Translations under genes and position numbers: made by a program
The notes under the pieces: model-generated
Databases searched by the model: none
The model's input: the letters and a program-made list of their open reading frames with translations, nothing else
Told to the model about the DNA's origin: nothing
Part shown: one piece after another, positions 54,015 through 64,000 of the stretch
Layout of the letters: each line of letters begins with the position of its first letter
How positions within the stretch are numbered: position 1 is the stretch's first letter
Source: an uncultured cyanobacterium
Lineage (GTDB): Bacteria; Cyanobacteriota; Cyanobacteriia; Leptolyngbyales; Leptolyngbyaceae
DNA: 64,000 nt
NCBI GenBank assembly: GCA_963766075.1
Contig: CAVYAN010000072.1
Span: 1 to 64,000, forward strand
Reading direction: 5' to 3'

Positions 54015-55610
54015 ATGCTAGATGCCAACTTTCCGTGGCTGACGACCACCATCCTCTTGCCAATCGTCGCCGCTCTCTTCATTCCCTTCATTCCCGACAA
54101 AGATGGCAAAACGATTCGCTGGTACGCCCTAGTAGTGGGGCTGATCGATTTTGCCATCCTGGTCTACGGGTTCTACAGCCAGTACGACTTTTCCAGCGCC
54201 GAACTGCAAATGGTGGAAAGCTACACCTGGATTCCCCAACTCGACCTGAAGTGGTCCGTGGGAGCCGATGGTTTGTCCATGCCGCTAATTTTGTTGACCG
54301 GGTTTATTACCACCCTGGCAACCCTAGCCGCTTGGCCCGTTACTCTGAAGCCGCGATTCTTCTACTTTCTGCTCCTAGCCATGTATGGCGGGCAAATTGC
54401 CGTCTTTGCGGTACAGGACATGCTGCTGTTCTTCATGGTGTGGGAATTGGAACTGATTCCCGTTTACCTGCTGCTCGCCATCTGGGGTGGGAAGAAGCGT
54501 CAATACGCCGCCACTAAGTTTATTCTTTATACAGCGGGTGGATCGCTGTTCATTCTTCTCGCCGCCCTGTCCATGGCCTTCTATGGCGATACGATCACCT
54601 TTGACATGCATGCCCTAATGCAAAAGGACTTCCCCCTCACCTTCCAACTGTGGATGTATGGAGCCTTCCTAATTGCCTATGCGGTCAAACTTCCGATCAT
54701 TCCCCTACACACCTGGCTACCCGATGCCCACGGCGAAGCCACTGCGCCTGTACATATGCTGCTGGCAGGCATTTTGCTGAAAATGGGCGGCTACGCCATG
54801 ATTCGGATGAATGTGGAGATGCTGCCAGCAGCCCACGGCGTGGTCGCTCCCGTACTCGTGATTTTCGGAGTGGTAAATATTATCTATGCCGCCCTCACGT
54901 CCTTTGCCCAGCGTAACTTGAAGCGCAAAATTGCCTACTCCTCCATTTCTCACATGGGATTTGTCCTCTTGGGCATGGCCTCATTTACCGACCTGGGCCT
55001 AAGCGGTGCGGTACTGCAAATGGTTTCCCATGGACTGATTGGAGCCAGCCTATTTTTCCTGGTGGGGGCTACCTACGATCGCACCCACACCCTGATGCTG
55101 GACGAAATGGGCGGCATTGGTAAAAAAATGCCCCGAATCTTCTCCATGTTTACCGCCTGCTCCCTGGCCTCCCTGGCCCTGCCCGGAATGAGCGGCTTTG
55201 TAGCAGAGCTGATGGTGTTTGTCGGCTTTGCCACCAGTGATGCTTATTCCTTCTCCTTCAAGCTCCTGGTCGTACTGCTGGCAGCGGTGGGTGTGATTCT
55301 GACCCCCATTTACCTCCTGTCCATGCTGCGGGAAATCTTCTATGGACCAGAGAATAAGGAACTCACGTCTCACGAGGAACTGGTCGATGCGGAACCCCGA
55401 GAGGTGTTTATCATTGCCACGCTGTTGATTCCGATCATTGGCATCGGGCTTTATCCCAAGCTACTGACGCAGATTTACGACGCTAAGACGGTGCAGCTCA
55501 CGGCGCGGTTGCGGGATGAACTGCCGGTAGTCGCCCACAAATCCCCGCCAGACTCCCTAGCCCAGGGCTTTCACGACCACGTGAAGACCGCTCCGGCACT
55601 GGGAACGTAA
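54015..55610 (+). CDS. ndhD1: NDH-1 subunit 4 (NdhD1)
   Basis: [42 protein letters not shown]; downstream of ndhF1. Confidence 0.93.
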   Translation: MLDANFPWLTTTILLPIVAALFIPFIPDKDGKTIRWYALVVGLIDFAILVYGFYSQYDFSSAELQMVESYTWIPQLDLKWSVGADGLSMPLILLTGFITTLATLAAWPVTLKPRFFYFLLLAMYGGQIAVFAVQDMLLFFMVWELELIPVYLLLAIWGGKKRQYAATKFILYTAGGSLFILLAALSMAFYGDTITFDMHALMQKDFPLTFQLWMYGAFLIAYAVKLPIIPLHTWLPDAHGEATAPVHMLLAGILLKMGGYAMIRMNVEMLPAAHGVVAPVLVIFGVVNIIYAALTSFAQRNLKRKIAYSSISHMGFVLLGMASFTDLGLSGAVLQMVSHGLIGASLFFLVGATYDRTHTLMLDEMGGIGKKMPRIFSMFTACSLASLALPGMSGFVAELMVFVGFATSDAYSFSFKLLVVLLAAVGVILTPIYLLSMLREIFYGPENKELTSHEELVDAEPREVFIIATLLIPIIGIGLYPKLLTQIYDAKTVQLTARLRDELPVVAHKSPPDSLAQGFHDHVKTAPALGT

Positions 55611-55788
55611 AGCAGCAATACGGCATAGACAGGTTAGCCGAAAATCTGTGATCAAGCGCAGTCGAGCTTGGTGACTATAAAACCCCAGTCTTAGATGGAG
55701 TCCATTCACATTTCCTAACTGAGTTATTAAGTAATCTGGTTACTCAGTGAAGGTTTATCGCCAATTTCAATATACTGGGGAAATTATG

Positions 55789-55816
55789 TTGCACTTGCAA
55801 AACCCTCAAGTATAAT
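55789..55816 (+). promoter_or_regulatory. Candidate sigma70-type promoter for the HU gene
   Basis: TTGCAC-16 nt-TATAAT about 30 nt upstream of the ATG. Confidence 0.45.
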
Positions 55817-55847
55817 CACTGCAATCATCGAGAGGTTTCTTAGGACC

Positions 55848-56126
55848 ATGAATAAGGGCGAATTAATTGATCAAATTGCCGCAAAGGCAGATGTCACCAA
55901 AAAAGATGCCGATGCCATTCTTTCCGCAATGTTGGATGTGATCCTAGAAGCCGTAGCGGGCGGTGATAAAGTGACTCTGGTTGGTTTTGGGACCTTTGAA
56001 GCCCGCGATCGCCAAGCCCGCGAAGGGCGTAATCCTTCCACAGGAGAACCCATTAAGATCCCGGCAACGCGAGTGCCTGCCTTCAGCGCTGGCAAGCTCT
56101 TCAAAGAAAAGGTCGTGGAAGGTTAG
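55848..56126 (+). CDS. hup: DNA-binding protein HU
   Basis: MNKGELID, VTLVGFGTF, GRNPSTG, PAFSAGK. Confidence 0.96.
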   Translation: MNKGELIDQIAAKADVTKKDADAILSAMLDVILEAVAGGDKVTLVGFGTFEARDRQAREGRNPSTGEPIKIPATRVPAFSAGKLFKEKVVEG

Positions 56127-56172
56127 TTAGGTTTGAAAGGTTAGTTAGGTTTGAAAGGTTAGTTAGGTTTGA
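56119..56172. repeat. Three perfect tandem 18-bp units spanning the HU stop codon
   Basis: AAGGTTAGTTAGGTTTGA at 56119, 56137, 56155. Confidence 0.95.
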
Positions 56173-56322
56173 AAACGTTCAGCAGGCAGTCTCACACGAT
56201 GTAGGCTGCCTGCTTTTTCTTGGGGATTCGGCAAAAACTTGCGCCTGTCAAGCCTATCTAGTCACTCTGCACACTGATCACCACACAACAGCGAGGCTTG
56301 CAGTCAATCAACGGAGAACTAA

Positions 56323-56460
56323 GGCGATTTCCGACAAGTAATATACCTGCTGCTGGCTACCCTGCGGGAAGCGAACTACGGCTCAGCCAGCGAGAGATTG
56401 CTCCCTTCAACTTCGCTCAGGGAGCAATCTCGGTCGGTATAATTTTTCCTAGAAATCGCC
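56323..56460. mobile_element. 138-bp MITE (TAA flanks) with REP-like hairpins
   Basis: TIRs GGCGATTTC / GAAATCGCC (18/25 over extended ends); TAA at 56320-22 and 56461-63; 13-bp stem 56394-56406 / 56419-56431. Confidence 0.78.
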
Positions 56461-58826
56461 TAATCCAGACGATCCAGGGGCGTTAATTTAGGGTCAACGA
56501 TTTTTTGGCCAACGCCTGGAAACTTGACGGCAATGCAGATTTTGTTACCCGCCCCAAAAATATGGGTAACTTGGCCCTGGCCAAAGGCTTTGTGGACGAC
56601 GCGATCGCCCACAGCCCAGTCGCTTGCATGGGCATTTGGAGCCGTACTCGCCTCGGAATTATTCCGCTTTTTGAATTCCGAGGAGGCTTTAGTCCAACGA
56701 CTCGGGATCGCCGACGCAGCATTGCTTTCCAGAAGTTCCTTGGGCAACTCGCCTAAAAACAGCGAAGGACTGGCCGGTTCCCGTGAGCCATACAGCCGCC
56801 GCTCCCGCGCGTAGGAAATGAACAGACGCTCCTGCGCCCGCGTGATCCCCACATAGCACAGACGGCGTTCCTCTTCCATTGCGGCAGGATCATCGAGGGA
56901 GCGGTAACTGGGGAACAAACCCTGCTCCAGGCCCACGAGAAACACCACCGGAAACTCCAACCCCTTCGAGGCATGGAGCGTCATTAAAGAAACCTTATCG
57001 TCGCTTTCATCCAAGTTATCCAAATCCGACGCTAGGGAAGCATTAGATAAAAAGCCCAGCAGACTGGGATCTTCGGGATTGGTTTCCTCAAACTCTAGAA
57101 TAGCGCTGTAGAGTTCTTCAACATTCTTAGCCCGATCGTCAGCCTCATCAGTCCCCTGCGATCGCAAATCCACGAGATAACTGGTTTCTTCCAGGATACC
57201 CTGCAAAATTTCATGGCCAGCAGCATGCTCCACCTGTTGCCGCCACTTGTGCAGCATGTGGGAAAACCCCAGCACCGATTTTGCCGATCGCCCGGACAAA
57301 CTCCGAACCGACGTTTCATCCATCAGAATGTTCCACAACGGCTGATTCAGTTCCTGGGAGGCTTTCACCAGATTATCAATCGTCGCCTTACCAATCCCGC
57401 GGCGGGGCGTGTTGATCACCCGCAGGAGGCTGACCGTATCCGCTGGATTGGCGATCGCCCGCAAATAGCCCAGCACATCCTTGACTTCTTTGCGATCATA
57501 GAACCGTAAGCCGCCCACAATTTTGTAGTTTGCGCCCACCTCCGATCGCCGCAACGCCTCCTCGATAGCCCGCGATTGCGCATTCGTCCGATACAAAATC
57601 GCGAAATTCTTCCAGCTTAGCTCTGGATGCTCATGGATCAACCGGCAAATCTGCCGCGCTACAAAATCACCTTCTCCAATCTCATCATCCGCTCGCTGCA
57701 AATAAATGGACTCCCCCGCCCCCCGCGTCGGCTTGAGCACCTTATCAATCCGCTCGGTATTATTCTCGATCAGATGATTAGCCACCTGGAGAATATTTTC
57801 TGTCGAGCGGTAATTCTCCTCTAACTTCACCATCGTGCGGGTGTCATCATCGGGCAGGCCATCGCCAAAATCTTTTTGGAAGCCCATCAAAATCGTAAAA
57901 TCCGCCGCCCGAAAAGAATAAATGGACTGATCCGCATCCCCCACCACAAACACCGATCGATAATCCCATGCCTCAAAGGTTTTGGGATTGGCCCCATTGG
58001 TCACCAACAAATTAATCAGATCGTATTGGGTGCGGTTAGTATCTTGATATTCATCCACCAACACATGCCGGAATCGCTTGTGCCAGTAGGCGCGAACATC
58101 CGCATTTTGGCGAAAGAGCTGAACTGGGATCAGCAACAAATCATCAAAATCCAGGGCATTGTTTGCAGCTAGAGCCGTTTGATAGAGACTGTAGACGTTG
58201 GCAATGACCCGCCCCCGATAATTGGGCTGATCCTGCTCGTAGCCTTGGGGCGATAAACCCTGATTTTTCGCCGTGCTGATGGCATAACGCACGGAGCGGG
58301 GATCAAATTTTTTGTCGTCAAGATTAAGCTGATTGACCACAATATCTTTGATCAGGCTCTGCACATCCGAATCATCAAAAATCGAGAAGTTACGATCCCA
58401 TTTCCGACCGCTTTCATCCTGGAATTTCTCAATATCTAGCCGCAGCATTCGAGCACAGAGCGCATGGAACGTGCCAATCCACAGGTCTTTGGTGATGGTT
58501 TTGTAGACCTGGGACTTGAGCTTGGTTTGCTCGTAGGGTTCTAGCAAATCAAAGGGCTTACTGTATTGGTGCTGGGCTTGGCGATCGCAAAACAACCGCT
58601 CAATCCGCTCCTTCATTTCCCGCGCCGCCTTATTTGTAAAAGTCACCGCCAGAATATTTTCTGGATCGACTTTATGAGTCAGCACAAGGTTGGCAATTCG
58701 ATAGGTCAACGCTCGCGTTTTGCCGGATCCTGCCCCCGCCACTACCAACAGCGGCCCACAGTAATGCTCCACCGCCTGCCGTTGGGACGTATTAAGATGG
58801 CTGAGAAATTCAATCGTCTGAGTCAT
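56460..58826 (-). CDS. pcrA: UvrD/PcrA DNA helicase
   Basis: AGAGSGKT, TFTNKAA, VDEYQD, VGDADQSIY, NYRS, TLHASKGLEF, EERRLCYVGITRA. Confidence 0.96.
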   Translation of the reverse strand: MTQTIEFLSHLNTSQRQAVEHYCGPLLVVAGAGSGKTRALTYRIANLVLTHKVDPENILAVTFTNKAAREMKERIERLFCDRQAQHQYSKPFDLLEPYEQTKLKSQVYKTITKDLWIGTFHALCARMLRLDIEKFQDESGRKWDRNFSIFDDSDVQSLIKDIVVNQLNLDDKKFDPRSVRYAISTAKNQGLSPQGYEQDQPNYRGRVIANVYSLYQTALAANNALDFDDLLLIPVQLFRQNADVRAYWHKRFRHVLVDEYQDTNRTQYDLINLLVTNGANPKTFEAWDYRSVFVVGDADQSIYSFRAADFTILMGFQKDFGDGLPDDDTRTMVKLEENYRSTENILQVANHLIENNTERIDKVLKPTRGAGESIYLQRADDEIGEGDFVARQICRLIHEHPELSWKNFAILYRTNAQSRAIEEALRRSEVGANYKIVGGLRFYDRKEVKDVLGYLRAIANPADTVSLLRVINTPRRGIGKATIDNLVKASQELNQPLWNILMDETSVRSLSGRSAKSVLGFSHMLHKWRQQVEHAAGHEILQGILEETSYLVDLRSQGTDEADDRAKNVEELYSAILEFEETNPEDPSLLGFLSNASLASDLDNLDESDDKVSLMTLHASKGLEFPVVFLVGLEQGLFPSYRSLDDPAAMEEERRLCYVGITRAQERLFISYARERRLYGSREPASPSLFLGELPKELLESNAASAIPSRWTKASSEFKKRNNSEASTAPNAHASDWAVGDRVVHKAFGQGQVTHIFGAGNKICIAVKFPGVGQKIVDPKLTPLDRLD

Positions 58827-58975
58827 TTAAAGCCTGATACAACTGGGAACATCGGACGCAAGCCACACGACAGTCACTTGTAGATAAGGATATCCTATCT
58901 AGTCAAGATCCTGTATATCCCACTGACAAATTCCCGAATTGCTTGGCAACCCCAGAGCACCCCGGCCATCCAAAA

Positions 58976-59018
58976 AGGGAGTGGAAATCGGGCCACTGCG
59001 CCCACATTTCCACTCCCT
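58976..59018 (-). terminator. Intrinsic terminator downstream of metK
   Basis: AGGGAGTGGAAAT / ATTTCCACTCCCT stem followed by a T tract on the minus strand. Confidence 0.65.
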
Positions 59019-59151
59019 CTTTAAGGATTGAAGCCTTGTTGGTCCTCTGGAGCATCAGGATTGTCCCCTGGAATCAAGCAGTCATTTTTCCGGCTTGCCA
59101 TCAAAACGACCGACCGGGCCGAACCCATGCTGCACCCCCAGCAATCCTGGA

Positions 59152-60411
59152 CTAGCGCGTTACCACCACAGTTTCCGCGATCGCCGTTTTCAGCACGGCG
59201 GCCTTGTCTGTTTGTTCCCAAGGAAGATCCAGATCGGTGCGGCCAAAATGCCCGTAGGCCGCAACATCTTGATAGAATCGACCCGCCCGCTCCGACGGCA
59301 GATGGCGCAGCCCAAAGGCTTGAATAATGCCAGCAGGCCGGAGGTCAAAGTGCTGTTGGGTCAGTTCCAGGAGGAGATCATCGGACACTTTACCGGTGCC
59401 AAACGTTTCTACCAAAATACTGACGGGACGTGCCACCCCAATCGCATAGCTCAACTGAACTTCACAACGCTCAGCCAACCCCGCAGCCACAATGTTTTTC
59501 GCCACATGGCGGGCCGCATAAGCGGCACTGCGATCCACCTTGGTTGGGTCCTTACCTGAAAAAGCCCCACCACCGTGGCGAGAATAGCCCCCATAGGTAT
59601 CAACGATGATTTTTCGTCCGGTTAATCCAGAATCCCCTTGAGGTCCACCAATGACAAACTTGCCCGTGGGATTGACCAAGAAACGAGTTTTGTCATCCGG
59701 CTTAACATCAATATCCGCAAAGATCGGCAGGACCACCAACGACCACAGATCCTCCCGAATCTTAGCTTGCACCGCCGCATCGTCACTAATGTCGCCAATG
59801 GTCGGAGCATGCTGGGTCGAAACGAGGATGGTGTCAATGCCAACCGGGCGGTTATCTTCATACAGGACCGTGACCTGGGTTTTGCCATCGGGACGCAGAT
59901 AGGGCAGTTGTCCGGTCTTCCGCACCGCCGCCAGACGCCGCGACACCCGATGGGCTAAGCTAATCGGCAGAGGCATCAGTTCCGGCGTTTCATTACAGGC
60001 ATAGCCAAACATCAATCCCTGGTCGCCAGCCCCGATCGCATCCAGCGCCTCTTCGCTCAAGGCTTCACGCGCTTCATGGGCCGTATTCACCCCTTGGGCA
60101 ATGTCGGGGGATTGGGCATCGAGGGCCACCAGCACCGCGCAGCTATTGGCAGAAAAGCCGCTATCGGCACCGGTATAGCCAATTTCTGTGATTTTTTGGC
60201 GCGCCAAGTCAATATAATTTACCTGGGCCTTGGTGGTGATTTCTCCGGTAATCAGAACTAGCCCGGTATTCACTACGACTTCGGCAGCAACCCGACTCAT
60301 CGGATCCTCTGCCAACAGCGCGTCCAGAATCGTATCGGAAATTTGGTCACAAATCTTATCAGGGTGACCTTCCGTCACCGATTCAGAAGTAAAAAAATAG
60401 CGACGGGACAA
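59152..60411 (-). CDS. metK: S-adenosylmethionine synthase
   Basis: [44 protein letters not shown] start. Confidence 0.98.
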   Translation of the reverse strand: MSRRYFFTSESVTEGHPDKICDQISDTILDALLAEDPMSRVAAEVVVNTGLVLITGEITTKAQVNYIDLARQKITEIGYTGADSGFSANSCAVLVALDAQSPDIAQGVNTAHEAREALSEEALDAIGAGDQGLMFGYACNETPELMPLPISLAHRVSRRLAAVRKTGQLPYLRPDGKTQVTVLYEDNRPVGIDTILVSTQHAPTIGDISDDAAVQAKIREDLWSLVVLPIFADIDVKPDDKTRFLVNPTGKFVIGGPQGDSGLTGRKIIVDTYGGYSRHGGGAFSGKDPTKVDRSAAYAARHVAKNIVAAGLAERCEVQLSYAIGVARPVSILVETFGTGKVSDDLLLELTQQHFDLRPAGIIQAFGLRHLPSERAGRFYQDVAAYGHFGRTDLDLPWEQTDKAAVLKTAIAETVVVTR

Positions 60412-60754
60412 TGGGAGGGCCTCCTCGTTTCAGCTAGGGCAGGGGGTACTTACAAAAGACTGCGATCGTAACGCTCAGCGCAAGTACGTTGAACAGTATC
60501 AGCACCGTTGGGATGCAGCGGGGTAACGTCTGGTTCAATCATCCCCGGGGGTTCGACCGCCGCCGACTAGACTGCGGGTAGAGTAACTTAACCGCAGCTT
60601 AAGATACTCCCGTAATTCTACCCGGCATCTGCATCTCCTAGGCGAAGGAATCATCAAGAAACAGTAGAATGCTGTACGCCGATCGCGATCGCACCTTTAT
60701 AAAGTCTATAAAATCACTGATAAAGCCACCTAAAGTCACCCGATGGCATGGCAC

Positions 60755-61489
60755 TCACGCCTCTACAACCTGGATCGACTCAAAATTAGGAATGACAACA
60801 TCGGCTCCCTGGAATTGAATCGACCCTTCCCAATCCACACCCACAATCCCCGCAGCGCCAGCGGCTCGGGCCATGGCCACATCAGCATTAGAGTCTCCAA
60901 TTGCCAAGACTGTGCGGGGAGTCAAGCCCATAGCGGAGCACGCCTGCTGAAACAACACAGGATCAGGCTTACTAATAGCACCACTGCCCATGGTCATTTG
61001 GATATAGGGACTCAGGCTGTACCGCTGCACAAAATCCTGCACATTCACCGTACTATCCGAAGACAAGATGCCGAGCTTGATCGGGGTCGCGGAGAGAGAT
61101 TGCAGCAATGGCAGCACGCCAGCAAACAAGGGGGTATGGTCAGCTTTACGCGGAAAGATTTGATCGGCTTCCGCAAAAGCCGCCCGCACCAGACTGAGCG
61201 ACTCCATCCAATCCCGCCCGGTTTCCGCCACATAGGCAGCAGCAGCAACCTCATTTTCGCGACGGGTGCCCACAGCCATCAGTCCAGCGAGATTGAAGCG
61301 ATCGCCCACAAAACCAAAGGCCATAAGTAACGGTTCCTGCACCCCCGGAATCTGGGCATCAATCAGCCGCGCTCGCTTTTGGCCCAAAATTCGCAGGTAC
61401 TCCTGAGAATTGGCCAGGGTGCCATCTTTATCGAAGATCACCGCTTGGATATTCGAGAAAATCTTTCCACCGCATCGAATCGTCACCAT
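60755..61489 (-). CDS. HAD-family hydrolase
   Basis: IFDKDGTL, LSSD, KPDP, IGDSNAD. Confidence 0.9.
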   Translation of the reverse strand: MVTIRCGGKIFSNIQAVIFDKDGTLANSQEYLRILGQKRARLIDAQIPGVQEPLLMAFGFVGDRFNLAGLMAVGTRRENEVAAAAYVAETGRDWMESLSLVRAAFAEADQIFPRKADHTPLFAGVLPLLQSLSATPIKLGILSSDSTVNVQDFVQRYSLSPYIQMTMGSGAISKPDPVLFQQACSAMGLTPRTVLAIGDSNADVAMARAAGAAGIVGVDWEGSIQFQGADVVIPNFESIQVVEA

Positions 61490-61589
61490 GCGATCGCTCT
61501 CCAGTTGAGTTCAGCCATAAACAGTTCAGCCATAAAAAAAGAGGGATTCTTCCCTCTTTAATCCTAAAAAGCAACAGGTTTTCAGTTCC

Positions 61590-62576
61590 CTAGTCTTCCA
61601 CTGCCGAGGGCAAGTCTTCCTCAAGCACAGTCGGCATTTCCGGCTCCGGTGCTAAAGTCATACTCTTGGCCTCCTGCTGGGCCAGAACCTGCTCACGATA
61701 CTTCGCAGCCATTTCTTCCGCCTTATCGTAAACCACCTGAGGATTCTTCACCATGTCACCGGGTTCCGGCTCCAACTGCTTGGTGGACAAGGAAATCCGT
61801 CCCCGCTCAGCATCCAGGTCAATAATCATCACCTTGACCTCATCGTTCACATTGAACACGCTGTGGGGCGTATCGATGTGATCATGAGAAATTTCAGAGA
61901 TGTGCAGCAGACCACTGACACCGCCAATGTCGATAAAGGCACCGTAGGGCTTGATTCCGCGCACATTGCCAATCACAACTTCGCCCACTTCCAGGCGATT
62001 CATCTTGCGTTCTACCAAGGCACGACGATGGCTGAGGACCAAGCGATTACGCTCTTCGTCCACTTCTAAGAACTTCAGGGGCAGCTCTTCACCCACCAAT
62101 TCTTCCTTAGGCTTACGGGTGCTGATGTGAGAACCTGGAATAAATCCTCGCAATCCCTCAATCCGCACCAGCGCGCCCCCTCGGTTGGTCGCAAACACCA
62201 ACGAACGCACCGTAGCGTCTTCTGCCTGCAACTGGCGCACCCGCTCCCAGGCCCGCATATACTCGATGCGACGAATGGACAGGGTGAGCTGCCCGTCTTC
62301 GTTCTCATCCGCCAGGATGAAAAACTCACGGGTTTCGTTGGACTGGAGCACCTCTTCAGGGGTGTCAATCCGATTAATCGACATTTCTTGAATGGGGATA
62401 TAGGCGGCGGTTTTCGCGCCGATGTCAATCAGAGCGCCCCTTGGCTCCAAACTAAATACGGTGCCTGCCACGACATCACCTGGGCTGAAGTGATAGTCGT
62501 ACTTATCTAGCAGTGCGGCAAAATCTTCGTGGGTGAAGCCAATGTCTAATGTAGCTGTGGTGTCCTGATTGACCAT
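61590..62576 (-). CDS. rps1: 30S ribosomal protein S1 (cyanobacterial three-domain form)
   Basis: GALIDIGAK, LRGFIPGSH, PYGAFIDIGG, GLLHISEIS. Confidence 0.96.
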   Translation of the reverse strand: MVNQDTTATLDIGFTHEDFAALLDKYDYHFSPGDVVAGTVFSLEPRGALIDIGAKTAAYIPIQEMSINRIDTPEEVLQSNETREFFILADENEDGQLTLSIRRIEYMRAWERVRQLQAEDATVRSLVFATNRGGALVRIEGLRGFIPGSHISTRKPKEELVGEELPLKFLEVDEERNRLVLSHRRALVERKMNRLEVGEVVIGNVRGIKPYGAFIDIGGVSGLLHISEISHDHIDTPHSVFNVNDEVKVMIIDLDAERGRISLSTKQLEPEPGDMVKNPQVVYDKAEEMAAKYREQVLAQQEAKSMTLAPEPEMPTVLEEDLPSAVED

Positions 62577-62599
62577 GCGAATGTTTCCTAGTGATCTCC

Positions 62600-62655
62600 G
62601 TTAAGGTTGCCTCCTGTCGATGTACGGACGCAAAAATGCTGCCTACACCTACGTT
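62600..62655 (-). ncRNA. Candidate structured rps1 leader (cyano-S1-like motif)
   Basis: Minus-strand hairpin GGUGUA..GCA-UUUU-UGC..UACAUC followed by GACAGGAGG, just upstream of rps1; recognised by position and fold only. Confidence 0.4.
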
Positions 62656-62825
62656 TCTCCGACGAAGGAGAATGGATGAATGGAAGGGGAACTCGACGTT
62701 CGGAATAGTAATCATAACGCAACATGCGGTGCTTAGCACAACTGTTTTGCGATCGCGATCGTCACGACGAGATTTTCATCCCTGCGGTTAAAAATAAACC
62801 TAGCTCGGCCTGCAATGCACCACCG

Positions 62826-63353
62826 CTAGTGAATTGGATCAGCCGCTGTATAGTTGCTCTGAGGTGCCGTTGTGGGAGGCAGGCCATTGGGAGGCAGGCC
62901 ATTCTGGGGCTGCAACTGATTCAGGGTGTCAATGAAATCGCTGAAACCCTGGAATTTACGATAGACCGAGGCAAAGCGCACATAGGCCACCTCACTGAGC
63001 AGGCGAAGATGCTGTAGAACCAAGTCACCAATTTCGCTACTAGTGACTTCTTTGAGCGATCGCTGCTGCAGCTCGGCTTCAATTTCATCCACTAAAGAGT
63101 CCAACTTATTGGCAGGAACACCGGTTTTTTCACAAGCCAGGACAATACCGCGCAGCAGCTTAGATCGGTCAAAGGACTGGCGATCGCCATCGCGCTTAAT
63201 CACACTAATTGGCACAAACTCAATCCGTTCATAGGTCGTAAAGCGACGGGCACATTGGAGGCATTCCCGTCTTCTCCGAATGCTTTGACCCGCTTCTGCT
63301 GACCGCGATTCAAGAACACGACTATCTGTGCATTGGCAGAAAGGACACCGCAT
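62826..63353 (-). CDS. nrdR: Transcriptional repressor NrdR
   Basis: MRCPFC, VLESR, RRRREC..C..RFTTYE, ATP-cone, [10 protein letters not shown]. Confidence 0.97.
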   Translation of the reverse strand: MRCPFCQCTDSRVLESRSAEAGQSIRRRRECLQCARRFTTYERIEFVPISVIKRDGDRQSFDRSKLLRGIVLACEKTGVPANKLDSLVDEIEAELQQRSLKEVTSSEIGDLVLQHLRLLSEVAYVRFASVYRKFQGFSDFIDTLNQLQPQNGLPPNGLPPTTAPQSNYTAADPIH

Positions 63354-64000
63354 ATCGGCAAGAGTCTCCCACGGAAGAACTAAATGTTAGAACGACGACG
63401 AACAAAAGGCTAATGGGAAGCAATTCCAGGAAGACAATTCCGCCACCAAGCTGAACCATTTAGGCTTCAAAGCCCCTGAGACTTTAAGACCCCTTAGGCT
63501 GCCAGCCCCCTAGGCTTCAAGGATTGTCTCGGCAATCAGCAATTTCCTCAATCGGCAATTTAGTATGCACGACATGGAGGAGTTTACCGCATTAATCGAA
63601 TTATTTTATCTTGCCCTGAGAACCTGTGTCGGTTCGGTCGCCCCAGTCGTAAAAATTTATATTCCGTAACTTTTGCAGTTAACTTCTTTATCGTCCCTTC
63701 GCAGATTGAAGCCACCGAGTGTTAGGGATGCAGCGGCTTCAGGCTGGGTGGGGATTTCTAGAGGCAGAATTTTCCTAGGCGGTTATGAACGGTGTAGCGT
63801 TAGCCCGCTGTGTTCCGGGGGCAACCTGAAACAAGGTAAGTCCGTGGATTCTGTTATTTCGGAGAGGGTTCTCCGTATATTCCAACACATGCATACGAGT
63901 TCCACCCCTGCGGCTAGATTGGCTAAATTCTTTGCAGTTCAGGCAATAGACCCGACAGGACTAGGAATCGTTACACGTGCCGCCAGTATCCATTCTGAAC

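Noticed and set aside
59021..59101. 26-aa ORF (MASRKNDC...) between metK and its terminator
   Set aside because: No SD-like sequence and no recognisable similarity; likely chance.
60412..60750. SAM riboswitch upstream of metK
   Set aside because: No SAM-I or SAM-II consensus blocks could be found on the minus strand by eye.

Overview
A cyanobacterial chromosomal window, shown by dense HIP1 GCGATCGC octamers and cyanobacteria-type ndhF1/ndhD1, patA/hmp, KGK, Uma2 and DUF29 genes. It is mostly core genome: purC; bamA-lpxC-fabZ-lpxA-lpxB; gap1; rimP-nusA-ylxR-infB; two amidohydrolases; an orphan wzm/wzt pair; the type IV pilus chemosensory (Hmp/Pil-Chp) cluster with divergent hmpF; tilS; ccsA; a CRP gene; ndhF1-ndhD1; HU; pcrA; metK; a HAD hydrolase; rps1; nrdR. 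The most notable signals are: (i) a c-di-AMP (ydaO/yuaA)-type riboswitch, followed by a possible 63-aa leader ORF, in front of a three-gene NrtABD/CmpABD-like ABC importer whose binding protein has a non-canonical pocket; (ii) four 138-156 bp MITEs with different termini that each carry an internal hairpin (REP-like in three), two of them stacked at TAA sites beside an IS5 remnant, with mobile-element ends supplying the stop codons of cheA, pcrA and wzt; (iii) recurrent short tandem duplications spanning stop codons; (iv) single-base frameshifts in ccsA and crp, possibly sequencing errors; (v) a 939-aa coiled-coil/disordered protein coupled to a degenerate Hsp70-fold gene. I found no CRISPR array, rRNA or tRNA. 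All family assignments come from motif recognition by eye, not from database searches.
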